From assembly GCA_964016885.1 (NCBI GenBank), contig OZ024741.1:138880001-138944000 (forward strand): a stretch of DNA of 64,000 nucleotides, written 5' to 3'. Below the pieces are notes generated by a model. It did not search any database. It saw nothing but the letters and a program-made list of their open reading frames with translations, and was not told the DNA's origin. The stretch is from Eledone cirrhosa (Eukaryota). Below are positions 11,903 through 25,188 of the stretch, piece by piece (the first letter of the stretch is position 1; each line of letters opens with the position of its first letter). The position numbers and the translations under genes are program-made.

Positions 11903-13190
11903 AGTGAAAAATGGAACGGGAACAAAACAGAGAGTCAGTACAAACAAAGGTTTATTAGTTTCACGCTCTTGAGCGGGGGGAACGACGTTTCGGGCATAAG
12001 CTCTGCTACAGGCGAAAAGAGGGTGGGAAGAGAGTTCAGAGGGTGTGTAGGGGAGTGGAGGAGAGACATTTAGAAAGGGGGGTGGAAGGGGAAAAAAAAA
12101 AAAAATAAAAATAAAAACAATAAAAATGAAAATAAACATGAAGATGTCGAAGGGTGTCGGGCGTGTAGGGGTGGTGGCGGGTGGAGTAGGGAGAGGGAGG
12201 CGGGGTGTCCGAGTGGGGAGGGCTGAAGGTGGTGTATTTGTGTAGGTGTACGTGTGTGTGTGTGTGTGTATGTGAATGTGAGAGTTGGGGGTAGAACGAG
12301 GTTCCATGTTCAGGAAAAGGTGTGTGTGTGGGGTGGTGTGTAGGTTGGTGTGTGTGTGCGTGTGGATGGGGAGGTGTCAGAGTTGAGAGGATTCCGGAGG
12401 CTTAGAGTGTATATTTGTGGGGGTACGCACGTGTGTGTTGGTGTTTATACGTTTTGTGAATGTAGGTGGCGTGGTTAAAAAAAAATGTTGTGTGTGTATG
12501 TCCGTGGGTAAATTCCTAAGGTAGTTCCGTAGAGGTTGTGACGAGTTGCCGGATATTTTCCATATTATGGAGTGGATAGTGTGAACGATGGCCAATGGTG
12601 TGTAATTCGTGGTTGTGGTAGTCGGAAGAAGGGAGATGTGGGGTGCGCGCGCAACATGAAGTGGTCAAAGGGTCAAGACAGGATGAGGGTTGAGGAGAAT
12701 GACAGGTGGAGAGGACTGTGTGTCTGTGTGTGCGGAGAGGTGGTCAGAGGGTCAAGGCAGAAGGCATAGCAACAATAGAGGAGAATGGCAGGTGGAGAAA
12801 GTCAGTGTGTCAGTGTGTGCGGAGGTGCGGTGGACAGGGAGAGGATGGGTAGGTGTGAAAAGCGGGGTGGGGAGGGGTAATGCAGGGGGATGGGGTGTGT
12901 ATTAGTAGAGGTTTTAGTGGGATGTGTGTGTGGGTGTGTGAATGGTTGTGGGTGGAACGGGGAGAGGGAGAGAAAAGATGCGGGTGCGGGTGGAGGGCGT
13001 GTAGTGTACTGGTGTGTGTGTGTGCGTGTTTGGATTAGTGTGTGTGGTGAAGAGGGTGTTAGTATACTGGTGTGTGGAAAGGGTTGAATGCGGGTGTGTT
13101 AGTGGGGGTCGTGGTGGTAGGGTGTGTAGAGTGGGTGGTGTAAGTGGGTTTGGGTGGGTGTGTGTGTTCGTGTGCGTTGGGTCGGGGGGA
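11903..13190 (-). mobile_element. PLE-type non-coding 3' region/pseudo-LTR with degenerate HHR; CA-rich on its sense strand
   Basis: 11903-12560 is homologous to 35800-36512 (+); contains gcttatgcccGAAACgtcg. Confidence 0.65.
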
Positions 13191-13540
13191 TATATATATA
13201 TATACATATTACAAACGTGTAGCTACGCAAAATATAAAAAAATAACAATCTCCCACCCGACAATATTAAAGAAACCTAAGAAGGTGTAGTCATGCATCAA
13301 GATAGAGTGACATTGTTTGGTCACCGATTAAGAGAAGCGGTCAAAGAAAAAGACAGACAGACAGACAACATAAAAAAAACAGACAGGAATGTCGTTAACT
13401 GAGTACCGAGATTAAACAGCCGGATTAGACTAATTCACTTCGTGTCAACATGGCATCCAGACGATCCTATCACTTGTTAATGGCCGACGATACGATTATA
13501 TATCATTCATGTTAGTTTTGGTGTTAAAAGACTTGCTGAA

Positions 13541-13730
13541 ATAATTGTTTCTACTTTTGGCACAAGGCCAGCAATTACCTAGTGCATTACTTGTACTTTA
13601 TTTTATCGACCCCGTAAGGATGAAAGGCAAAGTTAACCTCGGCGGGATTTGAACTCATAATGGTAAGGGCCGTAACACTATGCGTCAAAGCATGGCGTCC
13701 GAGCCTCTACCGATACCGCCAATCCACCGC
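13541..13730 (-). mobile_element. SINE family A, near full length
   Basis: Reverse complement of 54566-54748. Confidence 0.85.
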
Positions 13731-14249
13731 GCTGAAATACTACAATGAGTGAAATGAAAATATGCTTCATGATTTTGCAATAGTAAATTTGAAACAATGT
13801 ATTTTTATAACAGATTCTGCTCTTTCTTCGAATTCAAATAATATTATCTCTGTTTCAATATTATGAATCGCATACTTTTCACTTCAGGTTTTACTCTTAT
13901 TTTATCAGACAGCTTATCATATTAAGATGATGACTCAGAACTTAAAGTTTACACAGGTTACAATGAGTATAATTTGACTAATAGCGCTGTTTAGCTGATG
14001 GGATTTCAGTCAAAAATTCCATGAACTATATATTATATTGATTTCCCAGTAGAATCACATTATTTACCAATATATGAATTGATATTCCGATTTTTATTAA
14101 ATCAAAATAACAAAAAAGCTATTGTCATGTTTAATAAACTTATATATTATGTTGTTTTAAATTTTAAAAAGTCGCCCAATAATTGTTGTATTTCACTATG
14201 TATTTCTAAAATATATATATATACCTCAAACACTCACACACATATATGT

Positions 14250-14321
<72 letters not shown>

Positions 14322-14381
14322 ACATATATGTGTGTCAGTGTTTGAGGTATATATATATTTTAGAAATACGCACACACACAT

Positions 14382-14448
<67 letters not shown>

Positions 14449-14469
14449 CATACATATATAGATATATAT

Positions 14470-15916
14470 GTAAATATCTTTAAGTCGTTTGGACGCCTCG
14501 ACAATGCAAATGGGTAAATCTCCGGGTAACAAGGTCCGGTGGTGGAGAGAGAGATGTAAGTCGGTGTACGTTGAGATGCGTGGTGTGTAGAAGATGTGTG
14601 AGATGTGTAGAATGAAGGGACGAGTATAAAGGATAAACATAAAAATAACAACACAAGAGAGAGTTACCTTGGGAGAGATTTAATAGTCCCTATATATTTC
14701 GGATTCACATCCATCAACTGGGGTTTTTTCCGGGGTGGGGGAAAAGGTTGTCTGTCGGACAAGTCCGGAACGCGTCTTTCGCTGTTTGTTGTTTCGAATA
14801 TCTGAGGTATTCGGCAGAGTGCGCGTGCGCGTGAAATGGGTCGGTCGTACAGAGGTCAGTGGCCGAATGAGGGAGTGGGATGGCGCTAGCTGTCAGTCCA
14901 TTCTCTGCCTGTTTGTTAAATGTTACTATGTGTGTGTGTGCGTGTGTTGTTGTCTCGCTTGAGTGTGTGTGTGTGTGTGTGTATGTTGTTGCCTTGTTCA
15001 TCTGTATTGGCAGTGTAGTATGTTCGTATGGTGGAAAGCTACTGTGTGTGTGTGCGTGTGTGTGTGTAGTTGTCTCGTTTGCGTGTGTGTGTGTGTGCGT
15101 GTGTTGTGTGATGTTGCATCGCTTGTTAACTTAAACCAGCCATTTCATTTCGCTTCTCTCTGATCGGTTGTTTATTTGCGGTTGCGGTCGTTTGATAAAA
15201 AGCGCTTCCTTGATACGTAACGTGCCGACGTTTCTTTCAGTCGCTAGAATTGTGACAATGGGCCTTCCGTCTTTGTTTCCGCATTTGTCTATGTGTTTCC
15301 GGAAAGACGAGGCCCTGGTTTTAGTGTGTTCCTTGATCCGGATGTGCAAAGGTCGAATTGTGCTACCTATGTAGTATTGGTTGCACCTGTCACATTCTAT
15401 CTTATACACGACATATGTGCGTAGGCAACAGTTAGCATGGCGTATCGGGCAGTCTCTGAGGGAGCATGCGTCAGTAGATTTTTCGGGTTTCCTGGAGAGG
15501 CATCTTCGCAGGGAGGGGCCCGAGTGGGCCAGGTGGATGTCGAGGCCCTCCCTCCGTATAGCCTTGCGGATAGCGTTGGTGGTTTTCTCGCCCAGGTGTG
15601 GCATTTTAAGGAAGCACTTGCCTTGGGTGCTTCTCTGTCTCTTGCGTCTGGTGTCTCCTATTCTGTCTGTGATCGAGGTAGGGTACCCGTTCGTCTCCAG
15701 CACCTCGAAGAATCGCTTGGTATGAGTGACACCACTCGCGGGATTGCTGCATCTGTTACACACCACGCATCTCAACGTACACCCACTTACATCTCTCTCT
15801 CCACCACCGGACCTTGTTACCCGGAGATTTACCCATTTGCATTGTCGAGGATTCCAAATGACTTAAAGATATTTACTTATTGTTCCACAATGCTTCAAGC
15901 AAACTTCAATACTCCC
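14470..15916 (-). mobile_element. Penelope-like element 3' half with inverted pseudo-LTR copy at its 5' end
   Basis: 14470-14589 is inverted at 15757-15876; GIY-YIG ORF inside; relic HHR at 14688-14723 (ggatgtgaatccGAAAtatataggg). Confidence 0.85.
15131..15755 (-). pseudogene. PLE thumb-linker-GIY-YIG fragment with CCHH motif (Nematis/Neptune-like)
   Basis: NGYP, CSLRDCPI..C, VVYKIECDRC..YIGSTIRPLHIRIKEH..H, KEALFI..PQIN. Confidence 0.85.
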
Positions 15917-15933
15917 ATATATATTTATATATA

Positions 15934-16120
15934 TAAACTTAAGAAAGAGAGGACAAGCGAGCGAACGGAAACAAAACGAAATGAAAAACAATTTTTTACG
16001 AGGTAACCTGAAAAAAGATTTTTTAAAAATAATAATGCAAACGAAGGCCACTCCAGGTTTATCGTCCGTTGAGATGGACTTTGGACGTTTTGACACCTAC
16101 CGACAAGAGATTAAACATTA
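15934..16120. repeat. Short dispersed repeat homologous to 58318-58452
   Basis: Shared aaacttaag start, aaaaacaatttttta and tggactttgg..gttttgac.cctaccga. Confidence 0.55.
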
Positions 16121-16190
16121 ATTTATAACAGTTAAGATACAAGTACACATTGCATTCTATGTGACGTCAGGCTAAAGTGAGGTCTCTCTG

Positions 16191-16255
<65 letters not shown>

Positions 16256-16409
16256 CTCTGACTCTCTGTCTCTCTCTCTATATATATATATAATTGGTGT
16301 TGGATGCTTAAAGCGTCCGTATGCGGCAGGCCTCGAGCTGGTCGCCATAGAAACGATTGTAATATGTCCAATAAATTCCATTTGTCGCAACACTGATTCC
16401 TTTTTTTCT

Positions 16410-16446
<37 letters not shown>

Positions 16447-17749
16447 TCTAGTGATTCAGGTAAATCTATGCACTAGCCGAATATTTTACGTGGTTTGTAC
16501 AGGAAATTAGAATTTTTGAGAGTGTTAAATGTTTATATTTATATAGCGATACACGCATCAAATCATAAATCTGAGCAAATAAGCAACATTTCTATTGGTC
16601 TTTCAATTGCGCACACTATCTGCTTATTATAACTCCTGGTAGGAGGAGAAACGTGAAAGGATGTATTTTGATCGAAAACACATTTCAGGTCCAAGCCAAG
16701 GACTCAAACCCTCAATGCTCGAGGGTCCAACACATTGAAGACTATGTGACGTGCCTTCATTCAATGGCTAAACAATTCCGATGGGAAATAGAAATTTTGT
16801 TACTAAGAATGAAGATAATTCATTAACTTATTTTGTTTTCTGGTGAAAGTTTAATATTCAATGAGACCAGCGAAACGGGGATTGTCAATTTTGAAAAATA
16901 ATCCAGTTACCATTCTTCTAAGATATAGAGAGCAAATCAAGTGTGAAAATGGAGTATATTAAAATACTTCACATCTGATAAATGGCAAATTGGCAGGAAT
17001 TAGCTTGTCAAATACAGTGATTTGCGATATTAGTGCCGGCTGATTTCAAATCCCACCTACATCAATTTTACCTTCAATTCAATAAAGGTAGATAAATAAG
17101 GTCCTTGCTATGTACTCGAGTGAATGTTCGTACTCTTTAGTATCTCTATTTCTCTCCCTGCATCTCCCTATCCCCTCACTCTCATTCACTCTCTTTCTAC
17201 CCCATTATTTGCCCTATATGTTAGGTATAAATAGCTTACAATGAAGTAAGGCATTCAGGCCGTAATGGTACAGAGAGCTGAACACTAATTAAGGAAACTC
17301 TCTTATACATAATTACCAGAGAGCTCTTTCCCAACTGTCGCTGTCAGTCGTACAGGTACAAGCTTAGGATAGAATTATTCGCCTTTGCCATTTTTGCTAC
17401 AATCATCCACATTTTGGGAAATGTATTCCAGGAGAGCACCACTCCTTCCACCCTCGCTTTATTTTCAATTTCAAACAAAATAGTCTGTGAGAGATCCACC
17501 GAATAGAAACTTGTCTGTCTTCAGTTCCTCTAGGTTGTTCCACCGCCAACAAACATAGGAAAACTGCTCGGCCGTTCCTGTTGAAGGTGGTGGTGGGATA
17601 ATCTATGTAATGAACTCAGCTGTTTTCCAGATCCGTCATACACGCAACATCAGTACTTCCGCACATAACATCTCAAGTCAGCAATATACCCATTATAGAT
17701 TTATACTATTACACGCCTGAATAGTATAACTCGAATAAACAATATACCC

Positions 17750-17945
17750 CGACTGTGCAGTACACTCTACATTTAAATGGTGTTCCACTGAAATAGGTAG
17801 AGAGGTTTAAGTAACAACGGGTCGTGTTCGCTGGTGATGGAAGAAGGAGGAGAATTAAATGCAAGAATTGCAGAAATGGTGCAGCAATGCGGCAGCTTTA
17901 GCATTCAGTAATCCAAAGAAGAAAAGTAGGCGTGACACTCCCAAA
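17750..17945 (+). mobile_element. Degenerate RTE-like LINE fragment
   Basis: Broken frames giving GVVFAGDGR..ELNARIA..GAAMRQL, resembling the RTE post-RT region. Confidence 0.4.
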
Positions 17946-17970
17946 GTATAACAATATATATATATATATT

Positions 17971-19109
17971 AGACCAGACCCCTTCTTCTTCTTCTTCTTC
18001 TTCTTCTTCCCCCCGTTAGACTTGTGCGAAATTGCTTCCTTGCTCACATTTCAACCAGGTTTGATGGTCTTTTGTCTCTTGTTCACGATTTCACCGAGTT
18101 TATATTCATAGAGATCTGGGACTTGTCTATTTCTTCTCACTTTCCGTTGCTTAAACTTTTTTGTTGTTACCCTGGCGTCCCCTTTGTTTGTGTCCCAACG
18201 ACTTTTTTTAGCCGTTGTTCGCACCAACCTGAGGCATATGGCCCTTAAAGCGATGAAATGCCTAGGACGGTTGGAGGGTCACTGATGAAGGACTCACTTT
18301 TTCATATGTATCCCATTTGCAACGCCGCAGCTCCATTATTATCATATTTACACATATATTTTTTCCATGCTGCCACTCGTCTGTTTCGTTCCTTGTATCT
18401 TTACCCTTTCTAGCAGTCTCTCTCTCTCTGTTAGCCTCCTCCTCAACTTTCACTCACTCATTCTCTGTCACTACCTCTCATCCTACTCTTTCCTCCTCCT
18501 CCTTCAAGTTTGACCTGTGTGTAATTCTTTTCTCGCGTGGTCTTGACCAAGCTGGTATGGAATTTTTTTCTCTCTCTCTTTCGTCTGCGACTTCACAAAA
18601 CTTACGTTTACCGAATTCGCAGACCAGACCCCTTCTTCTTCTTCTTCTTCTTCTTCTTCTTCTTCTTCTTCTTCTTCTTCTTCTTCTTCTTCTTCTTCTT
18701 CTTCTTCTTCTTCTTCTTCTTCTTCTTCTTCTTCTTCTTCTTCTTCCTCTTCTCTCCTTTCTATCTCTCTTTTTCCCCCCCGTCAAACTTGGGCGAAATT
18801 CTTTCCTTGCTCACATTTCAACCAGGTTTGATGGTCTTTTGTCTCTTGTTCACGATTTCACCGAGTTTATATTCATAGAGATCTGGGACTTGTCTATTTC
18901 TTCTCACTTTCCGTTGCTTAAACTTTTTTGTTGTTACCCTGGCGTCCCCTTTGTTTACGTGTCCCAACGACTTTTTTTAGCCGTTGTTCGCACCAACCTG
19001 AGGCATATGGCCCTTAAAGCGATGAAATGCCTAGGACGGTTGGAGGGTCACTGATGAAGGACTCACTTTTTCATATGTATCCCATTTGCAACGCCGCCGC
19101 TCCATTATT

Positions 19110-19113
<4 letters not shown>
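17971..19113 (+). mobile_element. Tandem ~1.7-unit non-coding element with (TTC)n and HHR-like motif in each unit
   Basis: agaccagaccc starts at 17971 and 18621; 18030-18345 repeats at 18797-19113; TA-flanked. Confidence 0.8.
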
Positions 19114-19195
<82 letters not shown>

Positions 19196-19280
19196 GGGGG
19201 ATTTATATATATATATATATATGGGGGGGGGGTACGTGTGTGTGTATGTGTGTATATAAAGTGGGGAATTTATATATATA

Positions 19281-19313
<33 letters not shown>

Positions 19314-19320
19314 GCGTGTG

Positions 19321-19360
<40 letters not shown>

Positions 19361-20424
19361 ATATTTATACACATACTCATATGTGTGTGTCTCTATATCT
19401 GTGTGTGCGTGTGTTAGTTTGTGTGTGTTTGTATTTGTATGTGTGGCTGTATTTGATGGTATATTATAAAATATAATATCCGTAAAACATATCAAATGTA
19501 AGAAGCTAGACGCTAATAGTAACTAAAAATATCTATGTAAAGCTATCATTGTTCACTAACAGTATATATCTAATGCATATAAACAATGAATTCGAACCAG
19601 TCTTAGAACTGTACTGCAATGTATAATATGCTGATGGCGGTAGTTTACAAAGCAATATATTTTGCCAATTTGAACATATTTCAAAATATCATGTGAATCA
19701 TATACAAGTAGACCAAACGGTCTGATCAGTTAGTGATAAAATACTTACACCATGATATTGATTCCATCACGTGATATTGTTTTCTCTATCTAAAGGCACA
19801 TAATATTCGAGTAATTATGGAATTGTGTAACGCTAAAAATGCTTCTTAGCATGTACATACACACACACACTTATACATACAGGCCACATAATTACATACA
19901 AAACAAATATGTGTGTGTGTCTGAAGATATGTGCGTGTGTGTGCGTGTAAGATTATTTTGTATCTAAAAATAACGCGGTAATGACGTTGCTGCTGTGTGT
20001 ATTTCAAGAATATTCTTGGTATTAAATTTGTAAATCGCTTAAAACTTTCGTTTGGTACACCGTAAATACTGGCTGGCCATTTACATAAACAATTTCAAGA
20101 AATTTACTAAAAAATATTTTGTTTCATGAATTATACATTGATATCTAGATTATAGGCGTAAATGATTGATGCTGTATCATCTTTTATATCATTTTAAGTG
20201 GCAATAATATATCTCAGTGCTGTCGAAAAAGTAGAGAAAAATATATGTTCAAAAGCCAAGAATATATGAGGATATATGATGAGTATTCCCGTTACTCTAT
20301 ATACCAAAATATTTATAGATATAGCTACTCACGCAATCACACGCACACATACACACACACACGCACACACATACATACACATACTCACACACTCACACAC
20401 CTACTCTCACACACACATGTATTT

Positions 20425-20464
<40 letters not shown>

Positions 20465-20690
20465 CGTGTGTGTGTGTGTGTGTGCGTGTGTGTGTGTGTG
20501 TTTGTGTGTGTTTCTGTATCTGTATGTACATACCTATACTTCACTACATTTAGAAAAAGAACGCAGTTATCAAAATATGTGCCAGGGTGAGAAATATATA
20601 AATCAAAATAATTCAGAATCCTCAAACTCTGGGTTCTATCATCTACATAAAGACATTCTTGAGATTTCTTACTGCAGATAGCATAATATA

Positions 20691-20811
20691 TAATTGTTTC
20701 TACATTTGACACAAGGCCAGCTGTGCCCAGTGCATTACTGGTATTTTATTTTATCGACCCCGTAAGGCTAAAAGGCAAAGTTAACCTCGGCGGGAGTTTA
20801 ACTTTGCCTTT
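20691..20811 (-). mobile_element. SINE family A, 5'-truncated, with short terminal inversion
   Basis: Matches the SINE 3' part; aaaggcaaagttaa..ttaactttgccttt at 20771-20811. Confidence 0.8.
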
Positions 20812-20973
20812 AATATATAATATTGAGTAAAATCTTATTTTGTAACCGTGTCGACGGAGCTTGCTTCGGAATTATTACCACTCCACTTCGAGGCTACATC
20901 GTGACATCTTTGATAAGTGTCACCTAATGGATACCCATCGCCGATAGTGCTGTGATTTAAATATGGTGGTTGG

Positions 20974-21151
20974 ATATGTTTCATTGGCGAGTATGTAATG
21001 GGATGCCCCTTAAAAATCGCTATCTGCTATGTTATTGCCATTATACCGGGCAAATTATCAATAATTTGCCTGGTATAAGCAGTATTTAATATCAATTTGC
21101 AGATATAGATTTTAAGACGCATCCGATTACATACGACCCAATGAAACATAT
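20974..21151. repeat. Imperfect ~178-bp palindrome (MITE/foldback-like)
   Basis: Outer arms atatgtttcattgg..gtatgtaat / attacatac..ccaatgaaacatat; core ttataccgggcaaattat-ca-ataatttgcctggtataa. Confidence 0.75.
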
Positions 21152-21258
21152 GTTAATGCTTGGATGAACCCTACTGTATAGCTTAACTGTGTTAATCTTC
21201 ATTCATTCATTATATACATATATATATATGGATACCCCCCCCCCACACACAAACACAA

Positions 21259-21299
<41 letters not shown>

Positions 21300-21535
21300 C
21301 AGTATATATATATATATGCATACATATATATAAATATATATATGCATATATATATGCATATATAAATATATATATATATATATATACAGTATATATATAT
21401 ATATATGCATATATATATGCATACATATATGCATATATATATATATATATATATACAGTATATATATGCATATATATATGTATATATATATATAAACATA
21501 TATGCATATATGTATATATATAAATATATATATTC

Positions 21536-21650
<115 letters not shown>

Positions 21651-21680
21651 TATATATGCATATATATATAAATACATATA

Positions 21681-21711
<31 letters not shown>

Positions 21712-21714
<3 letters not shown>

Positions 21715-22680
21715 GATAAATCTACCAAAAGTTTACGGTAGTGTCCAATCCGTATGAAGAACTCAATGTAATCCGGATATCATGAAAAGAGAAGATGCAT
21801 GCAAAAACTACTTTCGGTGAAAAATAAACGGAAAACAGAGTCAAGATAAATTAATAAAATAATGAATAAACGAAGAAACAGTTCCTTATATTAAAATAAG
21901 TTCATCATTTTACGATCGTTTCTAGGATATATATGTGTTAGAGCTGGTATGCATATTCTATAGATCTATGTACAATATTCATACAAACTATCAGAGGGAA
22001 TATACATACCTACACATATATATGCTGTCTTCAGAAATAATGATATTTGTTTATTGAAAATAACAAAGATTCAATAAAATAGGTCTGTTTGGGAACAGGT
22101 TTTGAATTGACCAATCAGGAGATAGTGAGGGTCAAGATAGTAATATAGTATTAGAAGAACCTTAAATTATGGGTAGAGGAAGGTAGATTTCAGTTTTGGA
22201 TGGAAAAGAATATTATGAATGAAGGATTATTTTAGGGAAGAAATAGATCTTATGCTGACCTCAGAAATAATTTTATTTGTTCATTGAATAAAACCAACAA
22301 AGATCTAATATATTCTGTCTGTTTGGTAAGAGGTTTAGAATTAACCAATAGAAAGTTAATAATTGGCCAAATGGTATAATAGTAGTAATTGAAGCTTATT
22401 TTAGGGGTGAAAATATGTCAAGTGGTGAGTAAAAGGTATACAAGCAGTTGCTGTTATAAAATAGTAATGCCAATACAAATATCTAAGGTGACCAAAGTTT
22501 TAAGATAAGAATGTTAGTGAAAAAAATACATCTATGAAAAGAATATAAAATTAATTTAATTGATGGGTATATTTATATTGATAAAATTATACTAATACAT
22601 ATAGATATGATAAATAAGAGTTAGATGCAGTTGAAAAGTGCTGTTAAAGATAAGGGGAGATTAAAAGAATATGAAAATAA
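21712..22680 (-). mobile_element. PLE-like non-coding 3' region with HHR and internal ~230-bp duplication
   Basis: TA-flanked; 22021-22160 resembles 22251-22395; HHR near the 3' end. Confidence 0.6.
21902..22043 (-). ncRNA. Hammerhead ribozyme motif with ~105-nt stem-loop II
   Basis: tcattattt-CTGAAGA-cagcatatatatgtgtag...ctaacacatatatatccta-GAAAC-gatc-GTA-aaatgatga; 9-bp stem I. Confidence 0.75.
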
Positions 22681-22696
22681 TATATATATATATATA

Positions 22697-22734
<38 letters not shown>

Positions 22735-22755
22735 TATATACACATATATACACAT

Positions 22756-22880
<125 letters not shown>

Positions 22881-22917
22881 CATATATATACACATACACA
22901 CACACATACACACACAT

Positions 22918-22948
<31 letters not shown>

Positions 22949-23255
22949 AACACATATATAGATACATATATAGATATATATATACACACATACATGCACA
23001 CATACATACACATATATATACACACACATACACACTTATATATACATATAATTATGGGGGGGGGAATTAAATTTATTAGTGAGAAATAGTAAATATATAT
23101 AGTTTTCAGGGAACATAGAGTCATAACCTGAAGTTAAAGCATTATATATGTTTACTTAAAGGTTTATTCATTATTTTATTAATTTATATATATATATATA
23201 TATATAAATATATATGCAATATATATATATATATATAAATATATATAAATATATA

Positions 23256-23329
<74 letters not shown>

Positions 23330-23337
23330 TATATATA

Positions 23338-23405
<68 letters not shown>

Positions 23406-23435
23406 AATATGTATATATGTATATATATATATATT

Positions 23436-24775
23436 TTTATACTTTCGGAGGGTCATGTTGCCAATAAGAAACACACGCACCAAAAGCCTCACTTTAATTT
23501 ATTATAATAAATTTATAAATTTAGGAATTTATAAATTTCCGGTTGGTTGGTTGGTTTCACAACCAGATGGTTGTTTATATATTGTCAAGGTTATTTCGTC
23601 ACACATGCTGTGACCTCTTCAGTGACTGGGGATTCTTTTCTTTTGTTATTGTGCCTCTCCTTTGTTCTGTCCTACGCCATTTTGTTTCTGTGTGTGTGTT
23701 GTGTGCTCAGTTTGCGCATTCGCCACATCCGGGTGTCTGTGTGTGTTTATATTCGTTAATTTATTTGTCTATTTACATGTTACAGGTTGGTTGCTTGTTC
23801 TATGTGCGTGTGTGTTTTCATTTTGTCCTTAATTGTAAGTTGTGATGTAGCTGTTCCACTCATGTTTTCTATTTAATTTTGGTTGTAATTCTTTTATGTT
23901 TATTGCCTCTGTGATTTGTCTAAACATTGCATCTTTTCTGTGTGTAGATTCTATTTTTATTTCTATGTTCTCTAATTTACCCTTATGTTCTATTTTAGCA
24001 TATTGGTAGAGTACAGATGATTCTTTACTATCTTGAAGGTCTCGCCAGTGTTCATTTATCCGTTCCCCTAGCTGTCTCACCTATGTACACTACATTTTTG
24101 TCTCTACATTGTCCTTCAGTATATCTTATGCTATATAATACATTTCTAGTTTTACAGTTAATATGGGGGCTTACTTTACAGGTTATACATTTCTTCTATA
24201 TACAGGGGGGTCTTTGAAAAGGGTATGTCTTGCTAATAAGTGTTTTTATGAAGGTACCTGGTCTTTCTACTATCTTAATATTGAGTTTATGTTTATCTAG
24301 GGCCCTTCTAAATTTGTAAGCTAATTCACCTCTAGGGGTTGTATCGATGAACATTACACTCTGGTATTTATTGCTATCACACCATGAGTTTATTCTATTA
24401 GCCTTATTCCTAGTTCTTTCTATTATATTCCAAAATTTGCTCCTATACAAGAGGCAGGTCCCATGTGTGTCATTATTTACAATTTTTTCCCATTTGGTTC
24501 TGGCTCCTTTTTACACTCTGATTTTATCACTCTGATTGTAACCAGAGAACTGAATACAGTGGATGAAGTGTTGTATGTGTCTCTCTAGTTCTTCGGGGTT
24601 GCACATGCGGGACACGTTTCTCATCACCCGTACCAAATCCGCAATCAGTATGTTGATTTTGGTATGGTCCGAAACAGCTGAGTTTCTGTGGATCAGATAT
24701 TTGGAAGTCATGGGTTTGGCATAATGGGAATGGAGGATTTATCTTTTGTTATTAATGGTATCTAACCAGAGCTCT
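23436..24775 (-). mobile_element. Neptune-like PLE remnant (thumb, linker, GIY-YIG; frameshifted) plus 3' UTR
   Basis: ORFs 24511-24711 (QFSGY), 24196-24450 (VMFIDTTPRGEL..KIVERPG), 23829-24080 (GERINEH..RQITEA..PKLNRKHEW); YIGET at ~24075-24090; HHR-like gtca-CTGAAGA-ggtcacagcatgtgtgac-GAAA at 23584-23626. Confidence 0.82.
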
Positions 24776-24779
24776 GGTC

Positions 24780-24876
24780 GTTGACTTTGCCTTTCATCCT
24801 TACGGGGTCGATAAAATAAAAGTACCAGTAATGCACTGGGTAATTGCTGGCCTTGTGCCTAAAGTAGAAACAATTA
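24780..24876 (+). mobile_element. SINE family A, 3' half
   Basis: Identity to other copies. Confidence 0.8.
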
Positions 24877-24878
24877 TA

Positions 24879-24985
<107 letters not shown>

Positions 24986-25024
24986 TCAATATAAGGTATT
25001 ATTTATAAAACAGCTTATGTATTG

Positions 25025-25090
25025 TATTTTGTCTGAGGAAGGCATACCATATTTTTCATATGATATCCCTGAAATATATATAACGAAATA
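25025..25090 (+). ncRNA. Hammerhead ribozyme motif in a ~150-bp TA-flanked element (24988-25135)
   Basis: tattttgt-CTGAGGA-aggcatacc..gatatccct-GAAA-tatata-TA-acgaaata; 8-bp stem I. Confidence 0.75.
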
Positions 25091-25138
25091 AATATGGTTT
25101 TATAAATATAGTTTCCATTTGTTTAATATCGTATATAT

Positions 25139-25188
<50 letters not shown>

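Noticed and set aside
13900-13990. DDDSELKVYTG peptide resembling a transposase-associated motif or an exon
   Set aside because: Too short, flanked by stops, no supporting context
16620-17105. Very old SINE traces (also ~1.5, 25.2, 27.1, 47.3, 51.6, 52.2, 53.6 and 63.2 kb)
   Set aside because: Probably real but too degenerate to delimit reliably
18317-19054. Poly-Leu/Phe/Arg ORFs
   Set aside because: Produced by the (TTC)n tract
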